DNA from: Escherichia coli
GTDB taxonomy: Bacteria; Pseudomonadota; Gammaproteobacteria; Enterobacterales; Enterobacteriaceae
Strand: one strand, 5' to 3'
Length of the DNA stretch: 64,000 nucleotides
Assembly: GCF_003018255.1 (NCBI RefSeq)
Contig: NZ_CP027440.1
The translations under genes were made by a program, and so were the position numbers. Numbering within the stretch: the stretch's first letter is position 1; each line of letters begins with the position of its first letter. Below are positions 51,751 through 62,680 of the stretch, piece by piece. The notes beneath the pieces are model-generated. The model did not search any database, was not told the origin of the DNA, and saw nothing but the letters and a program-made list of their open reading frames with translations.

Positions 51751-52533
51751 TCAGTCACCGTAGACATTAAAGTCGAAATACTTTTTCGCCATCTTGTCGT
51801 AGGTACCGTCCTGACGCAGCTCGCCAAGCGCCTTATTAAACGCCGCCGTCAGTTCAGCATCATCTTTACGTAGCCCTACACCGGTACCGTCACCGAAGTA
51901 TTTTTTGTCTTTCACTGATGAGCCAGCAAAAGCGAACTCTTTACCGGCTGGTTGCTTGAGGAATCCTTCACTGGCAGCAACTTCATCTTGTAACGCAGCA
52001 TCCAGACGTCCTGCAGCCAGATCGGAATAAACCAAATCCTGGTTGGCATAGGCCACCACATCCACGCCTTTGCTACGCCAGGTCTCGTTAGCGTATGCTT
52101 CCTGGGTTGATCCCTGCAGCACACCCACATGTTTACCTTTCAGTGAATCCAGCGTTGGCTGAATCGGTGAACCTTTGGCGGCAATCAAACGAGAATCTGC
52201 GGCGTACAACTTGTCGGAGAAAGCAATCTCCTGCTGACGTTTATCGGTAATGGAGAGCGACGAAATAATGGCGTCGATTTTTTTCGCTTTTAGTGAGGGG
52301 ATCAGCGCGTCAAAGTCACTGGCAACCCAGGTACATTTCACCTGCATCCGTTTGCACATCTCGTTACCGAGATCGATATCAAAGCCAACAAAGTCACCTT
52401 TGGCATCTTTCGATGAGAACGGCGCATAGGTGGTATCGGTTCCGATACGTACCGTCTCCGGTAGCGCCGCATAGCTGGAAGCCGCTGCGGAGAGACCGAC
52501 TAACAAAGACAGAGCGAGAATCGACTTCTTCAT
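51751..52533 (-). CDS. argT: lysine/arginine/ornithine-binding periplasmic protein
   Basis: 260-aa ORF with signal peptide; upstream paralog of hisJ. Confidence 0.92.
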   Translation of the reverse strand: MKKSILALSLLVGLSAAASSYAALPETVRIGTDTTYAPFSSKDAKGDFVGFDIDLGNEMCKRMQVKCTWVASDFDALIPSLKAKKIDAIISSLSITDKRQQEIAFSDKLYAADSRLIAAKGSPIQPTLDSLKGKHVGVLQGSTQEAYANETWRSKGVDVVAYANQDLVYSDLAAGRLDAALQDEVAASEGFLKQPAGKEFAFAGSSVKDKKYFGDGTGVGLRKDDAELTAAFNKALGELRQDGTYDKMAKKYFDFNVYGD

Positions 52534-52560
52534 ACATAACCCTCAAGTGAAAATGGCTTT

Positions 52561-52590
52561 TTTATGTTGTGTATTGTGTTGTGTGTTTGC
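52561..52590 (-). promoter_or_regulatory. C/A-rich element in argT 5' UTR (GcvB-sRNA target-type sequence)
   Basis: Minus-strand GCAAACACACAACACAATACACAACATAAA between the sigma54 promoter and the SD (GAGGG). Confidence 0.55.
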
Positions 52591-52601
52591 AGGCTCTTTC
52601 A

Positions 52602-52617
52602 TGCAGGTCTTATGCCA
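52602..52617 (-). promoter_or_regulatory. sigma54 (-24/-12) promoter of argT
   Basis: Minus-strand TGGCATAAGACCTGCA: GG and GC spaced as in the TGGCAC-N5-TTGCA consensus, about 70 bp upstream of argT ATG. Confidence 0.65.
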
Positions 52618-52798
52618 TCTTTACGACAACAGTAACATTCAACGTTAAATATGTTAATAAGACGTTGCATTATTGTCCTAAAGTTGAAGATAGCAGGTAT
52701 GGCGGTTGAATCGCAGCGTTTCGATTCATCGAAAGGAACAAAATGTCGAGGATTTGATCGCGGTTGCAAAATTGCCCTGAAACAGGGCAACAATGAGG

Positions 52799-53368
52799 TT
52801 ATGCGCCCTGCCAGCGGGCAAAGAGATCTTCAGGAAGGGTTATCGCAAACTGGTCAAGAACACGATTAACCGTCTGATTTATCACATCATCAAGGGATTG
52901 TGGGCGATGATAAAACGCCGGAACGGGAGGCATAATCACCGCACCGATTTCTGCCGCCTGAGTCATTAAACGCAGATGGCCTAAGTGCAGTGGCGTTTCA
53001 CGCACGCAGAGCACCAACGGGCGACGCTCTTTCAGCACCACATCTGCCGCACGGGTCAGTAAGCCATCAGTATAGCTATGGACAATGCCGGACAGGGTTT
53101 TGATTGAACAGGGTAAAATCACCATCCCCAACGTCTGGAAAGAACCGGAAGAAATGCTGGCAGCAATATCGCGCGCATCGTGTGTCACATCAGCTAACGC
53201 CTGCACTTCGCGCAGGGAAAAATCCGTTTCGAGGGATAAGGTCTGGCGCGCTGCCTGGCTCATTACCAGATGCGTTTCGATATCTGTGACATCGCGCAGA
53301 ACCTGTAATAAACGCACGCCATAAATCGCGCCGCTGGCACCGCTGATGCCTACAATGAGTCGTTTCAT
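52799..53368 (-). CDS. ubiX: flavin prenyltransferase UbiX
   Basis: 189-aa flavoprotein-fold ORF downstream of purF. Confidence 0.92.
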   Translation of the reverse strand: MKRLIVGISGASGAIYGVRLLQVLRDVTDIETHLVMSQAARQTLSLETDFSLREVQALADVTHDARDIAASISSGSFQTLGMVILPCSIKTLSGIVHSYTDGLLTRAADVVLKERRPLVLCVRETPLHLGHLRLMTQAAEIGAVIMPPVPAFYHRPQSLDDVINQTVNRVLDQFAITLPEDLFARWQGA

Positions 53369-53462
53369 AAATAGTTGCCCTGTCAGACTTGCAGGCAGAC
53401 TTTGCAGGATTTCGACGGGAGTTGCAAGTCAGGGTGCCAGACCGGCACCCTGAGCGAAGGCA

Positions 53463-54981
53463 TCATCCTTCGTTATGCATTTCGAGATTTTCCACTTCGT
53501 TCTGACGTTGCACTGCTTTGGCGTCGTCATTACGTAAAGTATCGAGGAAATCGAGGTAGCCCTGATCAACGTCTTTGGTGACGTAGACGCCGTTGAATAC
53601 CGAGCATTCAAACTGCTGGATATCCGGGTTTTCAGCGCGAACGGCTTCGATCAGATCGTTCAGATCCTGGAAAATCAACCCGTCAGCACCGATGATCTGG
53701 CGAATTTCATCTACTTCGCGACCGTGAGCGATCAGTTCCGTGGCGCTCGGCATATCGATACCGTAAACGTTCGGGAAGCGAATTTCCGGTGCCGCAGAAG
53801 CGAGGTACACTTTCTTCGCTCCGGCTTCGCGTGCCATCTCGATAATCTGCTCAGAAGTGGTGCCACGGACAATGGAGTCGTCGACCAGCAAGACGTTTTT
53901 ATCGCGGAACTCGGCGCGGTTGGCGTTCAGTTTACGGCGCACGGACTTACGACGCAGCTGCTGGCCCGGCATGATGAAGGTGCGGCCAACATAGCGGTTT
54001 TTAACGAAGCCCTGGCGGTACGGTTTGCCCAGAATACGAGCAATTTCCAGCGCGATATCACACGAGGTTTCCGGAATAGGGATCACCACGTCGATATCCA
54101 GATCTTCCCATTCGCGGGCAATTTTCTCGCCCAGTTTGGTGCCCATATTCACGCGCGCGCTGTAAACGGAAATTTTGTCGATGAACGAGTCCGGGCGGGC
54201 AAAGTATACATACTCAAACAGGCACGGATTGCTGACCGGATTGTCAGCACATTGACGGGTAAACAACTGCCCTTCTTCAGTGATGTAAATCGCTTCGCCC
54301 GGCGCGACGTCACGCAGGAAATCAAAGCCCAGCGTATCGAGCGCAACGCTTTCGGAAGCGACCATATATTCTGTACGGTTCTCGTCAATATCACGTTTTC
54401 CCAGTACCAACGGACGAATACCGTTTGGATCGCGGAAAGCAACCATACCGTGGCCGATGATCATCGCCACACAGGCATACGCGCCGCGGATTAAGCGGTT
54501 TGTAGCAGCGATGGCGGCGAAAATGTTGTCGGCTTCCAGCGGATAGTGGCGGAAGTTGTCCAGTTCGCTGGCAAAGATATTAAGCAGAATTTCCGAGTCG
54601 GAAGTGGTGTTGATGTGGCGGCGTTTTTCTTCAAACAGTTTTTTTACGCAACTCGTGAGCGTTGGTCAGATTGCCGTTGTGGGCAAGCGTAATGCCATAC
54701 GGGGAGTTAACGTAAAACGGCTGCGCTTCAGAGGCGCTGGAGCTGCCAGCCGTAGGGTAACGCACATGACCAATGCCCATATTGCCCTGCAAACGCTGCA
54801 TATGGCGAGCTTCAAATACATCGCTCACCAGCCCGTTCGCTTTACGCAAACGGAAGCAGTTATTGGCATCTATGGTGATGATGCCGGCGGCATCCTGACC
54901 GCGATGCTGAAGCACCGTTAAGGCATCATAAATCGACTGGTTAACCGGCATAACACCGGCGATACCGACAATACCGCACAT
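53463..54981 (-). pseudogene. purF: amidophosphoribosyltransferase PurF, reading frame broken by a +1 insertion in a homopolymer run (or sequencing error)
   Basis: N-terminal 116-aa ORF ([10 protein letters not shown]...ELRKKTV*) and C-terminal 335-aa ORF lie in different frames; coding strand reads CGT AAA AAA ACT GTT TGA at the junction. Confidence 0.8.
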
Positions 54982-55017
54982 ACGTCTTTTTCCTCGTTAA
55001 GCCACATCTCAGAGCAC

Positions 55018-55506
55018 TTACGCTCTGGGCAAGAAACTTGACGAGCTTTGCAGATAATCAAAAAACCATCTGATGATAAAACTGAACTGCGGGATCAGCT
55101 GTGATTTGCTCCAGTCTTCGCTTTTCGACACCCCGGTAAAGGAGTCGAGAAAGAAGAGAATGGCGGCAACAATCAACACACCGCGCAACGCACCGAAACA
55201 GACGCCCAGCACCCGATCGGTGCCTGACAACCCCGTTTTCTCTACCAACTGGCCTATCACGAAGTTCACGATAGCACCAACGATCAGGGTAGCGATAAAC
55301 AGTACCGCGATGGCAATCCCATTTCGAACCAGTTCGTCTTCAAAGCCCGTAAACCAGACTGACAGGTAAGTGTAGTAATGACTGGCAACAAAGAAAGCAC
55401 AACCCCATGTCACCAGCGATAACGCTTCACGAACAAAGCCGCGGATCAGGCTAACCAGAGAGGAAAAAGCAATCACCGCGATTATGGCGTAATCAATCCA
55501 GACCAT
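55018..55506 (-). CDS. cvpA: colicin V production membrane protein
   Basis: 162-aa membrane ORF immediately upstream of purF. Confidence 0.92.
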   Translation of the reverse strand: MVWIDYAIIAVIAFSSLVSLIRGFVREALSLVTWGCAFFVASHYYTYLSVWFTGFEDELVRNGIAIAVLFIATLIVGAIVNFVIGQLVEKTGLSGTDRVLGVCFGALRGVLIVAAILFFLDSFTGVSKSEDWSKSQLIPQFSFIIRWFFDYLQSSSSFLPRA

Positions 55507-55563
55507 ATGTGTCCCACGATTTTACGCCCTGTCATCCTGTTCGGGGCGCATTCTAACAGAAAA

Positions 55564-55579
55564 AGAAAACGTTTGCGTA
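55564..55579 (-). promoter_or_regulatory. PurR operator (PUR box) upstream of cvpA-purF
   Basis: Minus-strand TACGCAAACGTTTTCT, near-perfect match to the 16-bp PUR box palindrome, about 60 bp upstream of cvpA ATG. Confidence 0.7.
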
Positions 55580-55671
55580 GGGATTTCCTTCCCGCGCATC
55601 AATAAAAATGGCGCTGAAAAAACATTCAACGCCATCGACTTTTTATGCCTTTGCGGCATCGGGCAATGCGT

Positions 55672-55755
55672 GTCGGATGCGGCGTGAACACCTTATCCGA
55701 CCTACGGTTCTACCCCTGTGTAGGCCTGATAAGACGCGCCAGCGTCGCATCAGGC
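55672..55755. repeat. BIME: two inverted REP copies between cvpA and dedD
   Basis: GTCGGATGCGGCGTGAACACCTTATCCGACCTAC and TGTAGGCCTGATAAGACGCGCCAGCGTCGCATCAGGC in opposite orientation. Confidence 0.7.
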
Positions 55756-55764
55756 AAGACCGTA

Positions 55765-56415
55765 TTAATTCGGCGTATAGCCCATTACCACGCCACTTAA
55801 GCCAGAAAGTTGCTTCAACTCACCCAGCGATCCTTTCAGCTTATCTTTCGAGGCATCAGGCCCAACCAGAATACGGGTAATTTTACCCTGCACTGGCGTG
55901 GATGGCGACGTATAAACCCGATAACCGGCACCGCGCAGCTTACCGACAATCTCATTCACTTTATCGGCATTTTTCAGCGCGCCCAGTTGCACAACATAGG
56001 CTTTACCCGTTGGCGCTGCTTTTTCTTCCACGACCGGCTTCGACGCAGGTGGTGCTTCAACCTTCGGTTTAGGCGACTCCACCGGTTTCGGCTTCGGTGG
56101 GGCGACCGGTGCAGGTTCCGGTTCAAACTCGGTGTTATTGACTGCAATAGTGGCCGGATCGAGCGACGGTGCTGCGGCATCACCTGCCCGCACCTCTTCC
56201 GCTGCGCCTTCCGGCGGCTGCGTCGGCAGCGCCTGGGTGGCGGCTGGCATCATATCAGGCTCATCGCGATCGCCCGCTTTCGGCACCAGCGGGATAGCCG
56301 CGAACTCATCCTGATAATGTTTTTTCTGCCCGTCCAGCAGCCCTGGAAGTACAATCACCCCCAGCGCCACCAGCACGATCGTGCCCACTAACCGATTCTG
56401 AAACTTACTTGCCAC
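55765..56415 (-). CDS. dedD: cell-division protein DedD (SPOR domain, Pro/Lys-rich linker)
   Basis: Probable GTG start giving MASKFQNRLVGT... (alternative ATG at 56433); C-terminal SPOR-like domain; overlaps folC 3' end. Confidence 0.8.
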   Translation of the reverse strand: MASKFQNRLVGTIVLVALGVIVLPGLLDGQKKHYQDEFAAIPLVPKAGDRDEPDMMPAATQALPTQPPEGAAEEVRAGDAAAPSLDPATIAVNNTEFEPEPAPVAPPKPKPVESPKPKVEAPPASKPVVEEKAAPTGKAYVVQLGALKNADKVNEIVGKLRGAGYRVYTSPSTPVQGKITRILVGPDASKDKLKGSLGELKQLSGLSGVVMGYTPN

Positions 56416-57673
56416 CGCTTCTCCTCGCGTCAATCACTTCCATGACATGTGCGACCGTGTGGAACGAACCACACACCAGCACGGTATCTTCCGCTTTAGC
56501 GTCCGCCATTGCGGCATCCCATGCCTGCGCCACGCTATCAAATGATTTGCCGTTACCCAAATGCTCAAGCAGTTGTTCTGCCGTGGCACCGCGCGGCCCT
56601 TCCAGTGGCGCACAATACCAGTCATCAACCACGCTTTTCAACCAGGCCAGAGTTCCGGCAATATCTTTATCATGTAGCATACCGATAACCGCCAGCACGC
56701 GCCCGTTTTTCGGTAGCGCTTTCATACGCCCGGTGAGATATTCCGCCGCATGTGGATTATGCGCGACATCAAAAATAACGCGTGGCGACTCGCTCACAAT
56801 CTGGAAACGTCCCGGCAAAATTGCGCTGGCAATCCCGTCGCGAATGGCATTTTCACTGACCTCCAGCCCGCTGGCACGCAGTGCCGCCAGCGCCGTTGCG
56901 GCATTCGGTTGCGGGACAAGCGGCAACGGCAGATTTTTCAGCGTGCCGTGAGCATCGCTAAACGCCCAGTCATGATCGGTGACGGAATAGTTCCACTCAA
57001 CGCCCCGACGTTGTAACAGTGCACTTTTTTCCTGCGCCACATCAGCAATGGTAGAAGGCATTTCCGGCTCACCGACAATTGCCGGTTTTTCGCTGCGGAA
57101 GATGCCTGCTTTCTCGCGACCAATGCTTTCGCGATCTGGCCCCAGCCAGTCGGTATGATCCAGCGCAATGCTGGTTACTACCGCAACATCGGCATCGACA
57201 ATATTGGTTGCGTCCAGACGACCGCCCAGCCCTACTTCCAGAATCACCACGTCAAGTTGTGCCTGTTTGAACAGCCACAACGCCGACAGCGTACCGTACT
57301 CGAAATAGGTCAGGGAAATATCACCGCGTGCCGATTCAATCTCCGCAAAAGAGGCGGTGTGGGCCGATTCCGGCAATTCCTGGCCCTGCACACGTACGCG
57401 CTCGGTATAACGCACCAGATGCGGCGAACTGTAGACGCCCACTTTGTACCCTGCCGCCATCAGAATCGACTCCAGCGTACGGCAAGTGGTGCCTTTGCCA
57501 TTCGTACCCGCAACGGTAAACACAAATGGCGCAGGTTTCAGGACGCCAAGACGCGCCGCGACCTGGCTCACGCGCTCAAGGCCGAGATCGATAGTTTTAC
57601 TGTGCAGGTTTTCCAGATAAGAAAGCCACGAAGCCAGAGGCGACGCGGCTTGAGGAGTGCGTTTGATAATCAT
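56405..57673 (-). CDS. folC: dihydrofolate synthase / folylpolyglutamate synthase
   Basis: 422-aa Mur-ligase-family ORF. Confidence 0.93.
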   Translation of the reverse strand: MIIKRTPQAASPLASWLSYLENLHSKTIDLGLERVSQVAARLGVLKPAPFVFTVAGTNGKGTTCRTLESILMAAGYKVGVYSSPHLVRYTERVRVQGQELPESAHTASFAEIESARGDISLTYFEYGTLSALWLFKQAQLDVVILEVGLGGRLDATNIVDADVAVVTSIALDHTDWLGPDRESIGREKAGIFRSEKPAIVGEPEMPSTIADVAQEKSALLQRRGVEWNYSVTDHDWAFSDAHGTLKNLPLPLVPQPNAATALAALRASGLEVSENAIRDGIASAILPGRFQIVSESPRVIFDVAHNPHAAEYLTGRMKALPKNGRVLAVIGMLHDKDIAGTLAWLKSVVDDWYCAPLEGPRGATAEQLLEHLGNGKSFDSVAQAWDAAMADAKAEDTVLVCGSFHTVAHVMEVIDARRSGGK

Positions 57674-57742
57674 GGTATCCGCTGATTCGTTACGGTGAGA
57701 ATAGCAAAAGGGCAGAGCCAGTGGCCCTGCCCTTATCAGTTA

Positions 57743-58657
57743 TCAGGCCTCAGGTTCCTGATCTGGTACCGGTGGCACCACTACGCCTTCACGCGGCGCT
57801 TCAGGATTCGGCGCTGGCAGATTCATCAACTTCGCCAGAATGCTCGCCAGTTTCAGGCGCATTTCCGGACGACGGACGATCATGTCGATCGCGCCTTTCT
57901 CGATCAGGAATTCACTGCGCTGGAATCCTGGCGGCAGTTTTTCGCGAACGGTCTGTTCGATAACACGCGGACCGGCAAAGCCGATTAACGCTTTCGGTTC
58001 AGCGATGTTGAGATCGCCCAGCATGGCGAAACTTGCAGAAACACCGCCCATGGTAGGGTCGGTCAGCACGGAGATGTACGGCAAGCCGCGCTCCTGCATT
58101 TTTGCCAGCGCCGCAGAGGTTTTCGCCATCTGCATCAGCGACATCAGTGCTTCCTGCATACGTGCGCCACCAGAGGCGGAGAAGCAGATCAGTGGGCAGT
58201 TATCTTCCAGCGCCTGCTCAACGGCACGCACGAAACGTGCACCTACCACAGACCCCATGGAACCGCCCATAAAGGCGAACTCGAATGCCGCAGCGACAAC
58301 TGGCATTCCATACAGGGTGCCTTTCATCACCACCAGCGCATCTTTTTCGCCGGTTTCTTTCTGCGCAGATGCCAGACGGTCTTTATACTTCTTGGAGTCA
58401 CGAAACTTCAGCACATCTTTCGGCTCAAGCTCGCTACCCAGCTCCACAAGGCTTCCTTCATCTAACAGGCTATGCAGGCGATTACGCGCTGTCATACGCA
58501 TGTGATGGTCACACTTCGGACAGACCTCAAGATTACGTTCCAGCTCAGCGCGGTATAAAACCTGACCGCAGCTATCACACTTAGTCCACACCCCTTCAGG
58601 AATGCTCGCCTTGCGGGTGGGAGTAATGTTGCTTTTAATTCGTTCAATCCAGCTCAT
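57743..58657 (-). CDS. accD: acetyl-CoA carboxylase carboxyltransferase beta subunit
   Basis: 304-aa product from [16 protein letters not shown]... with CxxC...CxxC zinc finger; ORF track extends 28 codons upstream. Confidence 0.93.
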
Positions 58658-58812
58658 TAGGGACCTTTCTGTCTGAACCTGGTTCGATGCCAGTTTTATC
58701 TTTGGGGACGCATAATGCCATTTTTGCCCCCAACAGACCATGAATGTTGCACATTAAAACATAACAGCCCGAAACTTTGGATAAAAAAGTGGTCGAACCG
58801 CGGAGTTACTTT

Positions 58813-59472
58813 TTATTTTGCGGCGCGTGCCGCAGCGCGTTTGTGGCGAATAAATTCGAAAACACCTGGCAATATTGAAACAAAAATAATGCCAACAATC
58901 ATCAGTTTAAGGTTGCTCTGAATGAAGGGGAGCGTTCCGAAGAAATAACCCGCGTAGGTAAAAATCAGTACCCATAGCAACGCGCCGATGACGTTAAAAG
59001 CGGCGAAATGACGATACGACATGTGGCCCATTCCCGCAACGAACGGCGCGAACGTTCTGACGATCGGCACAAAACGGGCGAGAATAATCGTTTTGCCGCC
59101 ATGTTTCTCATAAAACTGATGAGTCTTATCAAGATAACTGCGACGAAAGATTTTCGAATCCGGATTACTGAACAGTTTGTCACCAAATAACCGTCCAATG
59201 GTGTAGTTCACCGCGTCACCCACAATCGCGGCGATCAGCATCAGCACCACCATCATATGGACGTTGAGATCGTTGGTTTCCAGTGATGCCAACGCACCGG
59301 CAACAAACAGCAATGAATCACCCGGTAAAAACGGCGTTACCACCAGACCGGTTTCACAGAACAAAATTAAGAACAAAATGGCATAAACCCAGACGCCATA
59401 CTCCGCGACCAGTTCTGCCAGATGCACGTCAATGTGCAGGATAAAATCGATGAGGAAATAAATCAGGTCCAT
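58813..59472 (-). CDS. dedA: DedA family inner membrane protein
   Basis: 219-aa membrane ORF. Confidence 0.9.
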   Translation of the reverse strand: MDLIYFLIDFILHIDVHLAELVAEYGVWVYAILFLILFCETGLVVTPFLPGDSLLFVAGALASLETNDLNVHMMVVLMLIAAIVGDAVNYTIGRLFGDKLFSNPDSKIFRRSYLDKTHQFYEKHGGKTIILARFVPIVRTFAPFVAGMGHMSYRHFAAFNVIGALLWVLIFTYAGYFFGTLPFIQSNLKLMIVGIIFVSILPGVFEFIRHKRAAARAAK

Positions 59473-59554
59473 ATTAGCCTATGCCTTGTACTCGTCATCT
59501 TTCAGGCTGTAACTACGTTGGCTACAGCCTGAAATGTTCCGAGCATTATTCTTG

Positions 59555-60367
59555 TTAGTCCGCCAGAAATAGCGGGCCCATTGGCGGTTTTGGAAGATCA
59601 TACCGGTCAGGGTAATCCACCGCGACCAGATACAGCCCTTCCGCTTTTGCCGTTGCTGCCGCCAGCGTTCTGTCCTTTGCCGCCAGCAACTCTGCTATCC
59701 AGCTCTCCGGCTGGTTGTGGGCACCGACTTCCATCAGGCTGCCGACAATATTCCTGACCATATGATGTACAAAGGCATTCGCTTTGATATCTACCACCAC
59801 ATAAGGACCGTGACGCGTGACATTAATATGCATAACGTTGCGCCACGGGGTTCGGGACTGGCACTGCACCGCACGGAACGAGGTGAAATCATTCTCGCCC
59901 AGCAAGCATTGCGCAGCCCGATGCATCCGTTCAGCGTCCAGCGGTTCGTAAAAATGGGTTACCCCTTTACTCAGTACCGCCGGGCGCAGCCGATGATTGT
60001 AGATGATGTAGCGATAACGGCGAGCCGTGGCGCTAAATCGGGCATGAAAATCATCAGGTACAGCTTTAACCCAACGCACGGCGATGTCACCAGGTAAATT
60101 CGCATTTACGCCCAACGTCCACGCAGCGTCTTTGCGCTGTGCGGTCGTTTCGAAATGCACAACCTGCCCGGTACCGTGTACACCGGCGTCAGTACGCCCG
60201 GCGCAGAAGACGGTGATGGGTTCGTTCGCCACCTGGGAGAGCGCCTTTTCCAGCTTCTCCTGCACACTGCGGACTTCATTCTGCCGTTGCCAGCCGTAAT
60301 ACCTACTGCCGTCGTACTCAATGCCCAGCGCAATTTTATAAACTGGCGGTTGTTGCTGGTCGGACAT
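59555..60367 (-). CDS. truA: tRNA pseudouridine(38-40) synthase
   Basis: 270-aa ORF; overlaps usg stop. Confidence 0.93.
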
Positions 60368-61380
60368 TAGTACAGATACTCCTGCACCAGTTTCTCGGCG
60401 ATTTTTACTGCCATCAGCGCGCCGCCAAAGCGAACGTTATCGGCCACCGACCAGAACTGAACTTGCTCCGGCATACCGTAGTCATTACGTACGCAGCCAA
60501 CAGAAAGATGCGGCGTACCAGAAGCATCTCCTACCTGAGTCGGGAATTCGTTCTCTTCAGAGAGCACAATATCTTCGCCCTGAGCAAACGCATCACGCGC
60601 TTCTTCTGCCGCCAGCGGACGCAGTGCTTCAAAGTTGACCATCTGGGCATGACCGTAGAATACCGGTGCCTGGACGACGCTTGCCGAAATCATCAGCCCT
60701 TCGTCCTGCAGGATTTTGCGTACTTCGTCAACGATACGACGTTCTTCACGCACGCTACCTTCGCTATCCGGCAGTAACGGCAGCATGTTGAACGCCAGCT
60801 GACGCCCGAAGAAATCTTCTTCGTCAATCGGAATGCCATTGAGTAATTTAGCACTCTGCCCCGCTAACGCATCGACCGCTTTTTTGCCCTGGGCGGAGGC
60901 TGAAATCAGGCTGGTAACGCTGATACGTGATAAACCGCCCTGATCAATTAGCGGTTTCAGTGCCGCCAGCAGCTGGCTGGTCAGACTGTCCGGTACGGCG
61001 ATGACATTCCGGTTGCGGTAATCGGTCAGTACAAACGGGTTTACTTCCGGCACTACCAGCGGTACGTCAGGTTCGAGAGCAAACAATCCGCTGCTGTCGA
61101 TCACCAGACAACCTGAGTTGGTCGCTTCTTCAACCCAGGCAGCGGTAGCTTCTTTGCCTGCGACAAAAAATGCCAGCTGCGCCTGCGTCCAGTCAAATTC
61201 AGCGGCATCCTGCACGGTGATTGTCTTACCACCAAAGCGCAGTTGTTCGCCTGCGCTTTCGTTACGTGCCAGTGCATAAATTTCCCCAACCGGGAACTGA
61301 CGTTCAGCCAGCGTTTCAAGCAGGGCTTCGCCCACAGCGCCAGTTGCGCCCAGGACGGCAATGTTCCAGCCTTCAGACAT
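60367..61380 (-). CDS. usg: USG-1 protein (aspartate-semialdehyde dehydrogenase homolog)
   Basis: 337-aa ORF with N-terminal Rossmann motif (VLGATGAVG). Confidence 0.9.
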
Positions 61381-61445
61381 GGTGGTTTACTCCAGAAATA
61401 GCAAAGCTCCCTGCCAATGTTACAGCAGAGAGCATGAAGAAGAGA

Positions 61446-62582
61446 TTAACGTGCCGGATGATGAACGGCGTTAAAACCCAGTTTACACAGCAATGATGCC
61501 GCACTGGCGTCATCACAAATTACATACAGAGATGACCATTCACGGCGCTCAAGATAGTTTTTGCGCAGTTTATCGAACTCACCCGGTATCCCGGCGACTT
61601 TACGCAGTGGCGCATCATCGCGGCGCACATCATACACCAAATGCACCAGCCTTTTCAGCGTCGGTTGATCGAGCGGACCATGCAGCGTAATGCGACCAAA
61701 CTCTGGCGCGGGCAGTAATGTATCCAGCGCAACGTGTTGTTCATGCCCAATGAATTTGCTATAGGCTTCAAACACTTGCGTAGTACCGCGTGCTTTACCT
61801 TCCAGGGTATAGCCTGCAATATGCGGCGTGCCGATATCCACTTTTGTCAGCAATTCCACATTAAGTTCCGGCTCGCCTTCCCAGACATCCAGCACCACGC
61901 TTAACTTCTGGCCTTCATTCAGGCAGGTCAGCAGCGCGGTATTATCGACGACTGCGCCACGGCAGGCGTTAATCAGAATCGCTCCGGGCTTCAGGCTACG
62001 GATCAGTTTTTCATCCGCCAGATGTCGCGTTTTGTACGGACCATCTTTAAAGAGTGGCGTATGGAAAGTCAGAATATCCGCATGCTGGACTAATTCATCC
62101 AGCGAGCGGAAATCGCCCTCATCCCCACGGTCGGCGCGAGGCGGATCGCAAAGCAAGGTTGTAATCCCTAACGCTTCCAGTCGTGCCTGTAAACGCCGAC
62201 CAACGTTACCAACGCCCACGATCCCCACGGTACGCTCGTGCAGTGAAAATCCATCGCGTTCAGCAAGCATCAGCAGTGAGGAGAAAACATATTCCACTAC
62301 TGCAATCGCATTACAGCCAGGTGCAGCGGAAAAACCAATTCCCGCCTGCTTTAACCATGTGTCATCAACATGGTCTGTCCCCGCGGTGGCAGTGCCAACA
62401 AATTTAATGGGTTTTCCTGCCAGCAAAGATTCATTCACTTTCGTGACCGAACGCACCATCAGCGCATCCGCGTCTGCCAGTTGAGCCACGGGGATGGGAC
62501 GCCCGGGAACCGCGGTCACCTCACCCAAACGGCTAAATAAGTCGCGGGCATAAGGCATATTTTCATCAACAAGGATTTTCAC
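61446..62582 (-). CDS. pdxB: erythronate-4-phosphate dehydrogenase
   Basis: 378-aa D-2-hydroxyacid dehydrogenase-family ORF. Confidence 0.93.
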   Translation of the reverse strand: MKILVDENMPYARDLFSRLGEVTAVPGRPIPVAQLADADALMVRSVTKVNESLLAGKPIKFVGTATAGTDHVDDTWLKQAGIGFSAAPGCNAIAVVEYVFSSLLMLAERDGFSLHERTVGIVGVGNVGRRLQARLEALGITTLLCDPPRADRGDEGDFRSLDELVQHADILTFHTPLFKDGPYKTRHLADEKLIRSLKPGAILINACRGAVVDNTALLTCLNEGQKLSVVLDVWEGEPELNVELLTKVDIGTPHIAGYTLEGKARGTTQVFEAYSKFIGHEQHVALDTLLPAPEFGRITLHGPLDQPTLKRLVHLVYDVRRDDAPLRKVAGIPGEFDKLRKNYLERREWSSLYVICDDASAASLLCKLGFNAVHHPAR

Positions 62583-62680
62583 GTTTGTGTTACCTGTATG
62601 AGACGAGAGTTAACCGGACAAGTGTGCCATAATCTCGCGGCCAGGCATACTTGCGAAGATTTCAGGTATAAGGATACGTA

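Noticed and set aside
57743-58741. 332-aa accD ORF with 28-codon N-terminal extension
   Set aside because: The AccD sequence starts at [10 protein letters not shown] (ATG at 58657); the extension lacks an RBS and is not part of the known protein.
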